Under the pieces are notes generated by a model that was not told the origin of the DNA, made no database searches, and was given only the letters and a program-made list of their open reading frames with translations. Made by a program: the position numbers and the translations under genes. From an uncultured Candidatus Binatia bacterium (GTDB lineage Bacteria; Desulfobacterota; Binatia; UBA9968; JAJDTQ01), in contig OZ244070.1 in the NCBI GenBank assembly GCA_965215605.1, positions 1,280,001-1,344,000 on the forward strand: DNA of 64,000 nt. Reading direction: 5' to 3'. Below are positions 20,779 to 32,590 of the stretch, one piece after another (position 1 is the first letter of the stretch; the number at the start of each line of letters is the position of its first letter).

Positions 20779-21398
20779 TCCGCCTTGGCTGCCGCGATGA
20801 AGTCTTTCATGCGCTGGGGATCCTTGCGGCCCGGCGCCGCCTCGACTCCCGAGCAGACGTCCACGCCGAAAGGCCTCAACTCACGCACCGCCTCGCTCAC
20901 GTTGCCTATATCGAGACCGCCCGCAAGGATCACGGGGCGGGCCATGGGAACGGTCAACCATTCCCAGGCGAAGGTGGATCCCGACCCCCCGAACCCGGGG
21001 CTCCAGGAGTCCAGGAGGTAATAGTCCGCCGGATACTCGCCGATCTCCCCGAGGGTCTCCTCATCGCGCACCCGGAACGCCTTGATGACCTTGAGCGGCC
21101 AGCGACTGCAATAGTCCCGCGCCTCATCGCCGTGGAACTGCACGGCCGTGAGCCCGGCGCTTCCCCCGGAGCGGCACGTCCGGAGCACCGACTTCACGTG
21201 CTGCCGGGTCTCGTTGACGAAGAGCCCGGCGGCGCAGATCCCGGCCGGCAACTCCCCGAGGATCCGCGCGGCCTGCTCGGGCGGAAGGTACCTCGGGCTG
21301 GGCGGGTAGAAGTTGAACCCCAGCGCGTCGGCGCCGTAATCCACCGCCCTCAACGCGTCGCCGGCGCTGGTGACGCCGCAGATCTTAACCTTGACCAT
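20775..21398 (-). CDS. trpF: phosphoribosylanthranilate isomerase
   Basis: KVKICGVT, QFHGDE, ILAGGL and GVDVCSGVE..PG.KD. Confidence 0.96.
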   Translation of the reverse strand: MVKVKICGVTSAGDALRAVDYGADALGFNFYPPSPRYLPPEQAARILGELPAGICAAGLFVNETRQHVKSVLRTCRSGGSAGLTAVQFHGDEARDYCSRWPLKVIKAFRVRDEETLGEIGEYPADYYLLDSWSPGFGGSGSTFAWEWLTVPMARPVILAGGLDIGNVSEAVRELRPFGVDVCSGVEAAPGRKDPQRMKDFIAAAKAE

Positions 21399-22197
21399 GG
21401 TGTTGGGCCGCGCCGGCCGCCCCCAGCAGCTCGGCGAGTCTGGCGCCGGGATCCCCGGCGCGCATGAGCGTTTCGCCGACCAGGAAGACCCGGGCGCCGG
21501 AAGCCTCCAGCCGTTCCACATGCCCGACGTCCTTGATGCCGCTCTCGCACACCGGCAACACATGGGGCGGGATCCTGGGCAGCAGCGCTTCCGCGACCCC
21601 GAGGTCCACCTGGAAGGTCCGCAAGTCGCGGTTGTTGATGCCGACCATGCTCGCGCCGACTCCGAGCGCCGCCTCCAGCTCCAGCTCCGTATGCACCTCC
21701 ACCAGCACGTCCAGGGAAAGCGCCCGGGCCTCGGCGTGGAGCGCCGCCAACTCGCCTTCGTCCAGGAGCGCGGCGATGAGGAGCACGGCGTCGGCGCCGA
21801 AACTCCGGGCTTCCGTGAGCTGGTAGGCGTCTACCACGAAGTCTTTTCTGAGAAGCGGCAGGGAGACCTCCGCGTGGATGTCGGACAGATAGCGGAGGGA
21901 ACCGTCGAAGAACCGTTCCTCGGTCACCACGGAAAGGGCGGTGGCGCCGTTGGCCTGATAACCGGAGGCGATGCCCACCGGGTCGAAGTCCTGGCGAATC
22001 ACGCCTTGGGAGGGCGAGGCGCGCTTGACCTCGGCAATGATGTGGCGTCCGGGTCTCGACAGGGATTCCAGAAACCCCCGCGGGTTCCGGCGATACAACG
22101 GACTGTCCTTCAGCGCCTCCACCGGATGCGCCCGCCGGCGGGGATCGAGTTGTGAACGCACGTGGGCGACAATCCGGTCGAGGATGTCGTTTCTCAT
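21385..22197 (-). CDS. trpC: indole-3-glycerol phosphate synthase
   Basis: IIAEVKRASPSQG, LRKDF, GINNRDL and ESGI. Confidence 0.97.
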   Translation of the reverse strand: MRNDILDRIVAHVRSQLDPRRRAHPVEALKDSPLYRRNPRGFLESLSRPGRHIIAEVKRASPSQGVIRQDFDPVGIASGYQANGATALSVVTEERFFDGSLRYLSDIHAEVSLPLLRKDFVVDAYQLTEARSFGADAVLLIAALLDEGELAALHAEARALSLDVLVEVHTELELEAALGVGASMVGINNRDLRTFQVDLGVAEALLPRIPPHVLPVCESGIKDVGHVERLEASGARVFLVGETLMRAGDPGARLAELLGAAGAAQHHGQG

Positions 22198-22210
22198 GGG
22201 GATGCCACCG

Positions 22211-23227
22211 TCATGACGCATGGGTGAGCCGGATCAGGTGTTCGAGCTTTCCCAGAGCCGCCCCGGAATCGATGCACTCCCGGGCCAGGCCGATGCCCTC
22301 GGCGATGGTTTCCGCCCGTTCACTGACGCACAGCGCCGCGCCGCCATTGAGCACCACCACGTCCCGGGCGGGACCCGGCTCCCCCTTCAGGACCGCCGTC
22401 ACGATGGCGGCGCATTCCGCCGGATCCGTCGCGGCGAGCCGTGCCGCGGGCTGCTTCTCGAAGCCGAAGTCTTCGGGGTCGAGGGTGTAGCGGGCGACGG
22501 CGCCGTCCTTCCATTCAGCGACGGCGGTGGGGCCTCCGAGAGAGATCTCGTCGAGGCCTTCCTCGCCGTGGACCACCATGGCCCTCTCGCTTCCGAGGTT
22601 CCCGAGGACCTGCGCCACCATCTCGATGAGCGTGCCGTCGTAGATGCCCATGAGTTGACGGCTGGCCCTGGCGGGGTTGGTCAGAGGGCCGAGCAGATTG
22701 AAGATGGTCCGTATGCCCACCTCCCGGCGCGGCGCCGCGGCATACTTCATGGCCCCGTGCATCGCCGGCGCGAAGAGAAAGCCGATCCCGACCTCCCGCA
22801 GGCAACGCTCCACCATCTCCTTGGGCACGTCGATCTTCACGCCCAAGGCGCCCAGCACGTCCGCGCTGCCCGAGCCGCTGGATACGGCTCGATTGCCGTG
22901 CTTGGCCACGGTAACGCCGGCGGCCGCCACCACGAAGGCCACCGTGGTGGAGATGTTGAACGTGTTCTTGCCGTCACCACCGGTGCCGCAGGTATCCAGC
23001 ACGCAACCGTCGCCCGCGTCCACGTGCAACGCCTTCTCCCGCATGACCCGGGCCGCGCCGGTCACTTCCTCCACGGTCTCGCCCTGGATTCGCAGCGCCG
23101 TCAGGAACGCCCCCACCTGGATCGGGGTGGCTTCGCCCGTCATGACCTGGTTCATGACATCCACCATTTCCTGTTCGGTGAGGTTCGAGCCGCCCACCAA
23201 CCGCGCTATCGCCTGCTGGATGTTCAT
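22211..23227 (-). CDS. trpD: anthranilate phosphoribosyltransferase
   Basis: DTCGTGGDG..TFNIST and KHGNRAVSS.SGSAD. Confidence 0.97.
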   Translation of the reverse strand: MNIQQAIARLVGGSNLTEQEMVDVMNQVMTGEATPIQVGAFLTALRIQGETVEEVTGAARVMREKALHVDAGDGCVLDTCGTGGDGKNTFNISTTVAFVVAAAGVTVAKHGNRAVSSGSGSADVLGALGVKIDVPKEMVERCLREVGIGFLFAPAMHGAMKYAAAPRREVGIRTIFNLLGPLTNPARASRQLMGIYDGTLIEMVAQVLGNLGSERAMVVHGEEGLDEISLGGPTAVAEWKDGAVARYTLDPEDFGFEKQPAARLAATDPAECAAIVTAVLKGEPGPARDVVVLNGGAALCVSERAETIAEGIGLARECIDSGAALGKLEHLIRLTHAS

Positions 23228-23754
23228 TGGTTCCTCGTGATCATCGCGTTCTTGTAGTCCTGGGTCTTGAGTCGCTGGAGGGCGACCAAGGCTTCCTGGC
23301 GAGTGCCGTACCGCCCTACCCGGACCCTGTAGAACGTCTTCCCGCTGAGCTCACCGGAGGTTACGTAGGCTCGATGTCCGCGCTTCATGAGCTCCGCCGC
23401 CATGCTGTCGGCGGTGACGCGGGTTCGATGAGCGGCGATCTGCACGGTCCAGGGAGGCTGTGTCGGAGGGGTTTTCGCTGGCGGCGTGGGCGTGACGTCC
23501 GGCCGGGGCTCGGGCTTCGTCAACGTTTCGTAGAAGGTGATGTGGTCATCCTTCCTGGCTTCGGAGTTGACCGGAACCTTGGCCGCCTCCTCCTCCCGCT
23601 GCAGGATCTTCCGCTCCTCGATATTCTGCCCGATCAGGATGCCGAGAAAGAAGATAACGACCGACGCAATGCCGAAAAGGACGGTAACGGTGACGAGCTG
23701 CGCGCGGCTGAAGTAGACACGGCCGCCGTCCGTCGACTTTCGATGGTTGAGCAT
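23224..23754 (-). CDS. membrane-anchored SPOR-domain protein (DedD/FtsN-like)
   Basis: N-terminal TM helix, Pro-rich linker, WTVQIAA...YRVRVGRY SPOR pattern. Confidence 0.85.
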   Translation of the reverse strand: MLNHRKSTDGGRVYFSRAQLVTVTVLFGIASVVIFFLGILIGQNIEERKILQREEEAAKVPVNSEARKDDHITFYETLTKPEPRPDVTPTPPAKTPPTQPPWTVQIAAHRTRVTADSMAAELMKRGHRAYVTSGELSGKTFYRVRVGRYGTRQEALVALQRLKTQDYKNAMITRNQ

Positions 23755-23860
23755 ATACGCCAATCGGTTCCGAACTGACACCAGCGCGGTAAACCGTTCG
23801 GGCCGTTTCCCGGACTTCGTTGCGGCAACAGAGTGGTGTGACGAACGCCGGAGCCCGCCT

Positions 23861-24277
23861 CTAGGCGGTCGAGGCCGGCCGGTTCTCGGCGGTATGGTCC
23901 GCCGCCGTCTCTTCCCCGGCCTCGGACGATAGCAACTCGATGACGGAAAGCGGCGCCGCATCGCCGCGTCGACGTCCCACCTTGACGATCCTGGTATAAC
24001 CACCGTTGCGATCCTGGAAGCGCGGCCCGAGCTCGTTGAACAACCGCGCGACCACGGCCTTGTCCTGCACGAACCCCAGCGCCCGACGGCGAGCATGCAG
24101 GCTGCCGTCCTTGCCGAGGGTGATGAGCCAATCAGCCCAACGCCGCAACTCCTTGGCCTTGGCATCGGTGGTGGTGATGCGGTCGTGGCGCAGCAGCGAC
24201 GTGGTCATGTTGCGCAACATGGCCAGCCGGTGGCTGGGACTGCGATTCAGCTTTCTGCCTTTCTTCAGGTGCCGCAT
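23861..24277 (-). CDS. rplQ: 50S ribosomal protein L17
   Basis: [12 protein letters not shown] and RNGGYTRI. Confidence 0.98.
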   Translation of the reverse strand: MRHLKKGRKLNRSPSHRLAMLRNMTTSLLRHDRITTTDAKAKELRRWADWLITLGKDGSLHARRRALGFVQDKAVVARLFNELGPRFQDRNGGYTRIVKVGRRRGDAAPLSVIELLSSEAGEETAADHTAENRPASTA

Positions 24278-24280
24278 GGC

Positions 24281-25303
24281 CTACGCTGTCTCCTTCTGCT
24301 CGTCCTGTTTCCGGCTCTCGAGCTCTTCGCGGCTGGGGAAGTGGTCCAGTCTCATGCCCAGCTCCAAACCCAGCTCGCCGAGCAGCTCCTTGATCTCGTT
24401 CAGGGACTTGCGTCCGAAGTTCTTGGTCTTGAGCATGTCCTGCTCGGTCTTCTGCACCAGTTCGCCGATGTACTTCAGATCGGCGTTCTGCAAGCAATTC
24501 TGCGCCCTGACGGAGAACTCCAGGTCCTCCACCGCGCGGAAGAGATTCTCGTTGAGCGGCGAGGCTTCCGCATCCGTTTCGTTCTCCGAAAGCTGCGGCC
24601 CCTCCTGGAAATTGATGAAGATGTCGACCTGGTCCTGCAGAATCCGGGCCGCGTGGGCCAGCGCATCCTCGGGCTTCTCGCTCCCGTCCGTCCAGACCTC
24701 GATCACCAGACGATCATAGTCCGTGCGTTGGCCGACCCGGGCGTTGGTCACGGTGAAGTTCACCTTGCGGATGGGAGAGAAGACCGCGTCCATGAAGATC
24801 GTGTCCACGGGCTGTTCCTCTTCCCGATTGCGTTCCGCCGGCACGTACCCCTGGCCCATCCGCACCACCAGCGAGGCGTTCAGCCGTCCCTCTTTCGAAA
24901 GCGAAGCGATGTGATGCTCCGGATTGAGGATCTCCACTTGCGGGCCGCAGATGATGTCCTTGGCCAGCACTTCTTCCGGGCCCGACGACTCGATGCGGAT
25001 GACCTCCCGCTCGGAGTCGTGGAGTTTCAGCCGCACCTCCTTCAGGTTCAGAATGATATCGGTCACGTCCTCCGTGGCGCCCGGGATGGTGGAGAACTCG
25101 TGCAGGGCGTCTTCCAACTGCACCGAGGTAATGGCCGCGCCCCTGAGCGACGACAGCAGGATTCGCCGCAGGCTGTTGCCGATGGTCTGGCCGAAACCCC
25201 TCTCGAAAGGCTCGCCGACGAACTTGCCATAGGTCGAGGTCAGGTTCTTCTCGTCGACCTCGATGGCGTCCGGTTTGATCAGTTCGCTCCAATGCTTCTG
25301 CAT
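24281..25303 (-). CDS. rpoA: RNA polymerase alpha subunit
   Basis: EPFERGFGQTIGNSLRRILLSS and KNFGRKSLNEI. Confidence 0.99.
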   Translation of the reverse strand: MQKHWSELIKPDAIEVDEKNLTSTYGKFVGEPFERGFGQTIGNSLRRILLSSLRGAAITSVQLEDALHEFSTIPGATEDVTDIILNLKEVRLKLHDSEREVIRIESSGPEEVLAKDIICGPQVEILNPEHHIASLSKEGRLNASLVVRMGQGYVPAERNREEEQPVDTIFMDAVFSPIRKVNFTVTNARVGQRTDYDRLVIEVWTDGSEKPEDALAHAARILQDQVDIFINFQEGPQLSENETDAEASPLNENLFRAVEDLEFSVRAQNCLQNADLKYIGELVQKTEQDMLKTKNFGRKSLNEIKELLGELGLELGMRLDHFPSREELESRKQDEQKETA

Positions 25304-25327
25304 AGGGTCTCCAACACCGCCGAAGGG

Positions 25328-25954
25328 CTACTTGGAATACAACTCGACGATGAGCTTCTCGTTGATGGGCGTGGTGATGTCACCGCGGCTCGGCAGCACC
25401 CTGACGGTCCCGGAAAAGCTCTCCTGGTTCAACTCGATCCAGTCCGGCACACCGCGCCGCTGGGCGCCTTCCATGGCGGTCATGACCCGCTCCGACTTGC
25501 GGCTCTTCTCCGCCACCGCGACGACGTCCCCGACTCCCACGCGATACGAGGGAATCGTCACGCGCCGTCCGTTGACGAGAACGTGACCGTGCCGCACCAG
25601 CAGGCGGGCATCCCCCCTGGAACACGCGAATCCGAGTCGATACACGACGTTGTCAAGCCGTCTCTCCAGGATCACCAGCAAACTCTCGCCGGTGATGCCA
25701 CGGGACTTCTCGGCCGTCTCGAAGCTGCTCCTGAACTGTTTCTCGAGCAGCCCGTACATGCGCTTGACCTTCTGCTTCTCCCGCAACTGCAGGCTGTATT
25801 CGGAGAATTTGAGCCGGCGCTGGCCGTGTTGACCCGGGGGATAGTTGCGCCGCTCGATGGCGCACTTGTCCGTGTAACATCGATCGCCCTTGAGAAACAG
25901 TTTCAAATTCTCTCGCCGGCAGAGCCGGCAAACCGGACCATGGTACCTGGCCAT
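25328..25954 (-). CDS. rpsD: 30S ribosomal protein S4 (Cys-containing form)
   Basis: [27 protein letters not shown] and IVELYSK. Confidence 0.99.
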   Translation of the reverse strand: MARYHGPVCRLCRRENLKLFLKGDRCYTDKCAIERRNYPPGQHGQRRLKFSEYSLQLREKQKVKRMYGLLEKQFRSSFETAEKSRGITGESLLVILERRLDNVVYRLGFACSRGDARLLVRHGHVLVNGRRVTIPSYRVGVGDVVAVAEKSRKSERVMTAMEGAQRRGVPDWIELNQESFSGTVRVLPSRGDITTPINEKLIVELYSK

Positions 25955-25968
25955 CTGACTATCTCCTC

Positions 25969-26379
25969 TCAGACCCGCCTGCGCTTGGGCGGCCGGCAGC
26001 CGTTATGGGGAATCGGCGTCACGTCCTTGATCAGGCTGATGTTCAACCCGGCCGACTGAAGCGACCTCAGGGCCGACTCCCTGGCCGAGCCCGGTCCGCG
26101 CACGTAAACCTGGATCGAGTGCATTCCGTGGTCCATGGCCTTGCGCGCCACGTTGTCCGCCGCCTGCTGCGCGGCGAAAGGCGTGCCCTTGCGGGATCCC
26201 TTGAAGCCGATGGCGCCGGCGCTTGACCACGCGACCACGTTCCCCTGCGTGTCCGAGATCGTGATGATCGTATTGTTGAAGGTGGAATGGATGTGCGCCA
26301 CCCCCTCGGCGATGTTCTTCCGTCCGCGCCGTTTTCTCGGCGCCCTCGCGTCACGCGCTTTCTTAGCGGCCTGAGCCAT
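25969..26379 (-). CDS. rpsK: 30S ribosomal protein S11
   Basis: STFNNTI and [18 protein letters not shown]. Confidence 0.99.
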   Translation of the reverse strand: MAQAAKKARDARAPRKRRGRKNIAEGVAHIHSTFNNTIITISDTQGNVVAWSSAGAIGFKGSRKGTPFAAQQAADNVARKAMDHGMHSIQVYVRGPGSARESALRSLQSAGLNISLIKDVTPIPHNGCRPPKRRRV

Positions 26380-26403
26380 GGATGCTCCTGTTCTGGTTTG
26401 GGC

Positions 26404-26787
26404 CTAACCCTTCGACGGCGGCTTCTTCTTGCCGGCGATGGCCCGCCGGGGACCCATCCGGGTGCGCCCGTTGGTATGCGTACGCTGCCCCCTGACCGGG
26501 AGCCCGCGCCGGTGCCTGAGGCCCCGATAGGAGCCGATGTCCATGTGGCGCTTGATGTCCATGGTGACGTCGCGCCTCAGGTCGCCCTCGACCTTCATTT
26601 CCTGGTCGATGATCCGCCGTATCACCACGACCTGATCATCGGACAAGTCATCGGACTTGAGCTGGAACGATATTCCCGCTTCCTTGAGGATGTTCCGGGA
26701 CGTGGTCGCGCCGATGCCATAGATGTAGGTCAGCGCCACTTCCATCTGCTTGTTCTTGGGCAGATCCACCCCAGCAATACGTGCCAT
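26404..26787 (-). CDS. rpsM: 30S ribosomal protein S13
   Basis: [10 protein letters not shown] and [17 protein letters not shown]. Confidence 0.99.
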   Translation of the reverse strand: MARIAGVDLPKNKQMEVALTYIYGIGATTSRNILKEAGISFQLKSDDLSDDQVVVIRRIIDQEMKVEGDLRRDVTMDIKRHMDIGSYRGLRHRRGLPVRGQRTHTNGRTRMGPRRAIAGKKKPPSKG

Positions 26788-26801
26788 GAGTCCTTCCTCC
26801 C

Positions 26802-26826
26802 GTAGGGGCGGGGTTCAAACCCGCCC
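26802..26826 (+). repeat. GTAG-capped REP-like palindrome, copy 5
   Basis: GTAG GGGCGGG GTTCAAA CCCGCCC; abuts the rpsM SD on the opposite strand. Confidence 0.9.
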
Positions 26827-26862
26827 GTGTCCCGCACCCGCGGGGGCGCGAAATCGTTCCGG

Positions 26863-26976
26863 CTAGCCCTGCCGCTGGGCGTGCTTGCGGGTGACACAGA
26901 TGACCCGCACGACCCTGTTCCTTCGAACGATCTTGCACTTGTTGCAAATCTTCTTGACCGACGCTCTTACTTTCAC
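26863..26976 (-). CDS. rpmJ: 50S ribosomal protein L36 (Zn-binding form)
   Basis: (M)[36 protein letters not shown], 37 aa, GTG start. Confidence 0.97.
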   Translation of the reverse strand: MKVRASVKKICNKCKIVRRNRVVRVICVTRKHAQRQG

Positions 26977-27014
26977 ATCCGACCTCGTTGTCCTTCCCGG
27001 AGGAGCCGCGGCGC

Positions 27015-27039
27015 GGACGGGTTTGAAACCCGCCCCTAC
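27015..27039 (-). repeat. GTAG-capped REP-like palindrome, copy 6
   Basis: GTAG GGGCGGG TTTCAAA CCCGTCC; its TAG is the map stop. Confidence 0.9.
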
Positions 27040-27794
27040 AGGCGGCTCAGCACGTAAGGCCCGTTTTCGGTAACGGCGATGGAGTGCTCGAAGTGGGCCG
27101 CGAGACTCCGATCCCGGGTGATGGCGGTCCAGCCGTCGTCCAGGATGCTGATTTCCTTCTTCCCGGCGTTGACCATGGGTTCGACCGCCAGGACCATACC
27201 CGCCCGCAGGCGGCATCCCTTGCCCGCGTCGCCGTAGTTGGGCACGGGGGGTTCCTCGTGCAGCTTCCTGCCGATGCCGTGTCCCACGAACTCCCGGACC
27301 ACCGAGTAACCGGAACGCTCCGCGATCTCCTGTATGGCGTTCCCCAGGTCTCCCAAGCGGTTGCCTTCGCGCAGCATCTCGATGCCCTCGTCCAGCGCCG
27401 TCTCGGTCACCCGCATGAGACGTTCGGCCTCGCTGCTCACCCGGCCCAGGCCCACCGTCACGGCCGAGTCGCCGTAGAAACCCTCGTACACCACCCCGAA
27501 GTCCATCCCCAGGATGTCCCCTTCCTTGAGTATACGGTCCGAGGGGATGCCGTGGACGATCTCCTCGTTGACCGACGTGCACAGGCTGTGCTCGAACACC
27601 CTGCCGGCAACGGCATAGCCCTTGAATGCCGGCTTGGCCCCCTTCTCGTAGGTCAGCCGCTCCGCTACCTCGTCCAGCTCCAGGGTGGTCATGCCCGGCT
27701 CCACCAGCTCCTTGAGCGACTCCAGCACCTCCGCCACGATGACGCTGGCCCGGCGCATGGTCTCTATCTCGGCCCGGGACTTGAGATAAATCAT
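27036..27794 (-). CDS. map: methionine aminopeptidase type I
   Basis: [23 protein letters not shown] and AAHFEHS. Confidence 0.97.
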   Translation of the reverse strand: MIYLKSRAEIETMRRASVIVAEVLESLKELVEPGMTTLELDEVAERLTYEKGAKPAFKGYAVAGRVFEHSLCTSVNEEIVHGIPSDRILKEGDILGMDFGVVYEGFYGDSAVTVGLGRVSSEAERLMRVTETALDEGIEMLREGNRLGDLGNAIQEIAERSGYSVVREFVGHGIGRKLHEEPPVPNYGDAGKGCRLRAGMVLAVEPMVNAGKKEISILDDGWTAITRDRSLAAHFEHSIAVTENGPYVLSRL

Positions 27795-27826
27795 TGGAGG
27801 ATCACCTCGGCCGTGTCCGGCGCTCC

Positions 27827-29129
<1,303 letters not shown>

Positions 29130-29137
<8 letters not shown>

Positions 29138-29573
29138 GCGACAGGATTTCTACCCGGCCTCCCGCGGCCTCGATCTTCTCCACGGCGCTGCGGGAAAAGC
29201 CATGGGCCTTCACCGTCAGCGGCCTGGACAACTCTCCGCGGCCCAGGATCTTCACCAAGCCCTTGCCCGCCAATCCCGCGGCCCGCAACGATTCGGGCGA
29301 AACCTCCTGACCCGCGTCGAACCTGTCGAGCCCGTCGAGGTTGACGGGGGTGTAGCTGGTCCTGAAAGGGTTGTGGAAACCGCGCTTGGGCACGCGCCTC
29401 GTGAGCGGCATCTGGCCGCCCTCGAAACCCGGCCTGACGCCGCCGCCGGAGCGCGAGCCCTGGCCCTTGTGTCCGCGGCCGGCGGTCTTGCCCGTGCCGG
29501 AGCCCATGCCCCTGCCCACGCGCTTCCTGGCGCGCCGGGTGCCCTTCGCGGGCCGTAGCTCACGCAGATCCAT
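29130..29573 (-). CDS. rplO: 50S ribosomal protein L15
   Basis: [12 protein letters not shown] and [15 protein letters not shown]. Confidence 0.98.
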
Positions 29574-29610
29574 GAACGGCTCCTTTTGGTGTCCTGTCCC
29601 GACAGGGCAT

Positions 29611-30108
29611 CTACCGAATCTCCGCCAGCGGCTTCCCGCGCAAGTCCGACACCTCTTGAGGCGACTTCAGATTCTTGAGGGCCTCGAAGGTGGCCTTGAC
29701 GAGGTTGTGCGGGTTGTTGGAGCCGATGCACTTGCTCAGGACGTTGGGAATGCCGGCCGCTTCAACCACGGCCCGTACCCCCGCGCCCGCGATCACGCCG
29801 GTGCCGGGCGCGGCGGGCTTCAGCAACACGTGCCCGGCGCCGAAACGTCCCGTGACCTCGTATGGAATGCTGTCATCCACCAGCGGCACCCGCAGCAGCG
29901 TCTTCTTCGCGTGCTCGACTCCCTTGCGGATGGCCTCGGGCACCTCGTTGGCCTTGCCCAGGCCGTATCCCACCACCGAGGCTTCGTCACCCACCACCAC
30001 CAGCGCGTTGAAGCTGAACCTCCGTCCGCCCTTGACCACCTTCGCCACGCGGCTGATGTGGATGACCTTCTCCTTCAACTCCAACCCCTGCGCATCGACT
30101 CGTTCCAA
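29611..30108 (-). CDS. rpsE: 30S ribosomal protein S5
   Basis: [14 protein letters not shown] and PGTGVIAG; TTG start. Confidence 0.98.
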   Translation of the reverse strand: MERVDAQGLELKEKVIHISRVAKVVKGGRRFSFNALVVVGDEASVVGYGLGKANEVPEAIRKGVEHAKKTLLRVPLVDDSIPYEVTGRFGAGHVLLKPAAPGTGVIAGAGVRAVVEAAGIPNVLSKCIGSNNPHNLVKATFEALKNLKSPQEVSDLRGKPLAEIR

Positions 30109-30121
30109 GACAACCCCCGGA

Positions 30122-30484
30122 TCAAAAAACGAGGCCGGCCTCTCGTGCCGCCTCGGCCAGCGCCTTTACCCGTCCGTGAAAGAGAAACCCGTTCCGGTCG
30201 AACACCACCCGGGAGATCCGCTTCTCCCCGCACCGTTCCGCGATCTGCCGGCCGACCTCCTTGGCCGCGTCGACTCCCTTGCTCTCCTCGGAACCCGCGG
30301 CCGGTTTCGACACCGTCGAAGCGCTCGCCAGGGTGACCCCGCTCTCGTCGGAAATGACCTGCGCGTAGATATGCCTGGAGCTCCGGTACACGCACAGCCG
30401 GGGACACGAGTCGCTTCCCGTGATTAGCTTCCGTACGCTCCGCTGCCGCCGCTTGCGGCTCACGACCTTCTTGCTCGTCAACAT
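30122..30484 (-). CDS. rplR: 50S ribosomal protein L18
   Basis: [13 protein letters not shown] and [14 protein letters not shown]. Confidence 0.97.
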   Translation of the reverse strand: MLTSKKVVSRKRRQRSVRKLITGSDSCPRLCVYRSSRHIYAQVISDESGVTLASASTVSKPAAGSEESKGVDAAKEVGRQIAERCGEKRISRVVFDRNGFLFHGRVKALAEAAREAGLVF

Positions 30485-30506
30485 GGCCCCACCCGATTCC
30501 GTTGGT

Positions 30507-31055
30507 TCAACCTGCCGCCCCGCCCATGGCCTTGCCGGCCTTCCGCTGGACGAGCTCGCCCTGATACCGGATGCCTTTGCCCTTGTACGGCTCCGGAGGA
30601 CGGAACCGCCGCACCTCGGCCGCCGTCTGGCCCAGCACCTGCTTGTCATGACACTCGAGGGTGATCACGGTCAGCCGTTCCACCGAAGCGGACACGCCGG
30701 CCGGCAGGGGATAGACGATGGGATGCGAGAACCCCAGCGTCAGGTGCAGAGACCCTTCCTTGAACTCGGCCCGGTAGCCGACCCCGTTGATTTCCAGCAC
30801 TTTCCTGAAGCCTTCGCTGACCCCCTCGACCATGTTGGCGAGGAGCTTCCGGGTAAGCCCGTGCAGCGCCCTGACGGTCTTGGTTTCGTCGTTCCGGCGG
30901 ACGTGCAGCCGATCACCGTCCACCTCCACCGTGACGCCCTGCGGCACGCTGTGGGTCAGCGTACCCTTGGGACCCTGCACCTGCACTTCGGCGCCCTGAA
31001 AATCGATCTTGACCGTTCCGGGCACGACAATCGGCAATTTTCCTACACGTGACAC
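30507..31055 (-). CDS. rplF: 50S ribosomal protein L6
   Basis: MSRVGKLPI and [13 protein letters not shown]. Confidence 0.98.
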   Translation of the reverse strand: MSRVGKLPIVVPGTVKIDFQGAEVQVQGPKGTLTHSVPQGVTVEVDGDRLHVRRNDETKTVRALHGLTRKLLANMVEGVSEGFRKVLEINGVGYRAEFKEGSLHLTLGFSHPIVYPLPAGVSASVERLTVITLECHDKQVLGQTAAEVRRFRPPEPYKGKGIRYQGELVQRKAGKAMGGAAG

Positions 31056-31079
31056 GAAGGACTCCTGGTGTGCAGGCCA

Positions 31080-31484
31080 CTAGCTGACGGAACAAAGCAA
31101 CTCGCCGCCGACCTTGGCCTTTACCGCTTCCCGATCCACCACGATCCCCTTCGGCGTGGACAGGATGTGGCTGCCCAGGCCCTTGCGAACCGGATGGATG
31201 TCCTTGTAGCCCAGATACACGCGCCGGCCCGGCCGGCTGACCCGTTTCAACTCGCTCATCACCGGGCGGTGTTCCCGGTCGTACTTGAGGTGGATCCGAA
31301 GGGTATCCTGGACCTGGCCATCCACCGTGACGCGCCGGAACTGTTTCACGTACCCTTCCTCCACCAGCACCTTCACGATGCTCTCCTTGAGACGGGACCA
31401 CGGGACGTCGACGGTCTCGTGTTTCGCCATCCCGCCGTTCCGCATCCGCGTCAGCAAATCCGCAATTGGATCGGTCATGCTCAT
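31080..31484 (-). CDS. rpsH: 30S ribosomal protein S8
   Basis: MTDPIADLLTRMRN and SRPGRRVY. Confidence 0.98.
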   Translation of the reverse strand: MSMTDPIADLLTRMRNGGMAKHETVDVPWSRLKESIVKVLVEEGYVKQFRRVTVDGQVQDTLRIHLKYDREHRPVMSELKRVSRPGRRVYLGYKDIHPVRKGLGSHILSTPKGIVVDREAVKAKVGGELLCSVS

Positions 31485-31499
31485 TCGAGACTGCGCCTC

Positions 31500-31685
31500 C
31501 TACCAGCTTGCCTTGATGACCCCGGGAATCTCTCCCCGGCGGGCGTAGAGCCGAAGGCAGATCCGGCACATCCGGAAACGGCGATAAAACGCCCTGGCCC
31601 TGCCGCAAAGCGGACAGCGGTTGTACTGACGAACCTTGAACTTCGGCGTTCTCTCCGACTTGATGCGAAGACACTTCTTAGCCAC
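31500..31685 (-). CDS. rpsN: 30S ribosomal protein S14, short Zn-binding (type Z) form
   Basis: 61 aa with CPLC...CRIC and PGVIKASW. Confidence 0.97.
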   Translation of the reverse strand: MAKKCLRIKSERTPKFKVRQYNRCPLCGRARAFYRRFRMCRICLRLYARRGEIPGVIKASW

Positions 31686-32238
31686 TTGTAGTACCCCCGT
31701 CGCCGGCGAACGGCAGTCCGAGATGCTTCAGCAAGGCCCTGCCCTCCTCGTCGGTGCGGGCGGTGGTCACGATGGACACCGTCAGGCCGTGTACCCGCTC
31801 CACCGACTCCGGTCTCACTTCCGGGAAGATGCTCTGCTCGCGAATTCCCAACGAGTAATTGCCGCAGCCATCGAAAGACCGCGCCGGGACGCCCTTGAAA
31901 TCCCTCACCTGCGGAAGGGCCACCTGTATCAGGCGATCCAGGAACTCGTACATCCGCTGACGGCGCAGCGTCACCATGCATCCGATGGGATTGCCGCGGC
32001 GCAGCTTGAAGTTGGAGATGTCCTTCCGGGCCCGGGTCACCACCGGCCGCTGGCCGCTGATGGCCGCCAGTTCCGCCACCGCCGAGTCCAGCAGCTTGGC
32101 GTTCTGCACCGCTTCACCGATGCAGACGTTGATGGAGACGTTCTTCAGACGCGGCACCTGGAGCCGGTTGCGATAGCCGAAGTCCGCCATCATGGCCGGC
32201 ACGGTCGCCTCATTGTATTTCTCTTCGAGCCTTACCAT
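31678..32238 (-). CDS. rplE: 50S ribosomal protein L5
   Basis: [18 protein letters not shown] and [16 protein letters not shown]. Confidence 0.98.
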   Translation of the reverse strand: MVRLEEKYNEATVPAMMADFGYRNRLQVPRLKNVSINVCIGEAVQNAKLLDSAVAELAAISGQRPVVTRARKDISNFKLRRGNPIGCMVTLRRQRMYEFLDRLIQVALPQVRDFKGVPARSFDGCGNYSLGIREQSIFPEVRPESVERVHGLTVSIVTTARTDEEGRALLKHLGLPFAGDGGTTSG

Positions 32239-32272
32239 CGTTCCATTCCATTCCGCGGGCCCGCGACGGGTG

Positions 32273-32590
32273 TCAGCCCAGTCCCTCGCCGCAACGCCGG
32301 CAGACGCGTATCTTCTGACCGTCCGCGAGGATCTTGTATCCCACCCGGACCGGGGCGTTGCACGGGTCGCACATGATCATGACGTTCGAGACGTGAATCG
32401 AGGCTTCCTTCTCCACGATGCCGCCGGGCTGCTGCGCACTGCGGGGTTTGGAATGGCGCTTGACGAGATTCACCCGCTCGATGAACACGCGGCTCTTCTT
32501 GGGCAGCACCTTGATGATCTTGCCGGTCTTCCCGCGTTCCTTCCCGGCCACCACCATCACGTTGTCATCTTTGTGGACGAACAGGCTCAT
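32273..32590 (-). CDS. rplX: 50S ribosomal protein L24
   Basis: KOW motif and [15 protein letters not shown]. Confidence 0.97.
   Translation of the reverse strand: MSLFVHKDDNVMVVAGKERGKTGKIIKVLPKKSRVFIERVNLVKRHSKPRSAQQPGGIVEKEASIHVSNVMIMCDPCNAPVRVGYKILADGQKIRVCRRCGEGLG

Noticed and set aside
23849-23864. TAGAGGCGGGCTCC after the rplQ stop as a half REP
   Set aside because: Only the 5' half matches and there is no complementary arm
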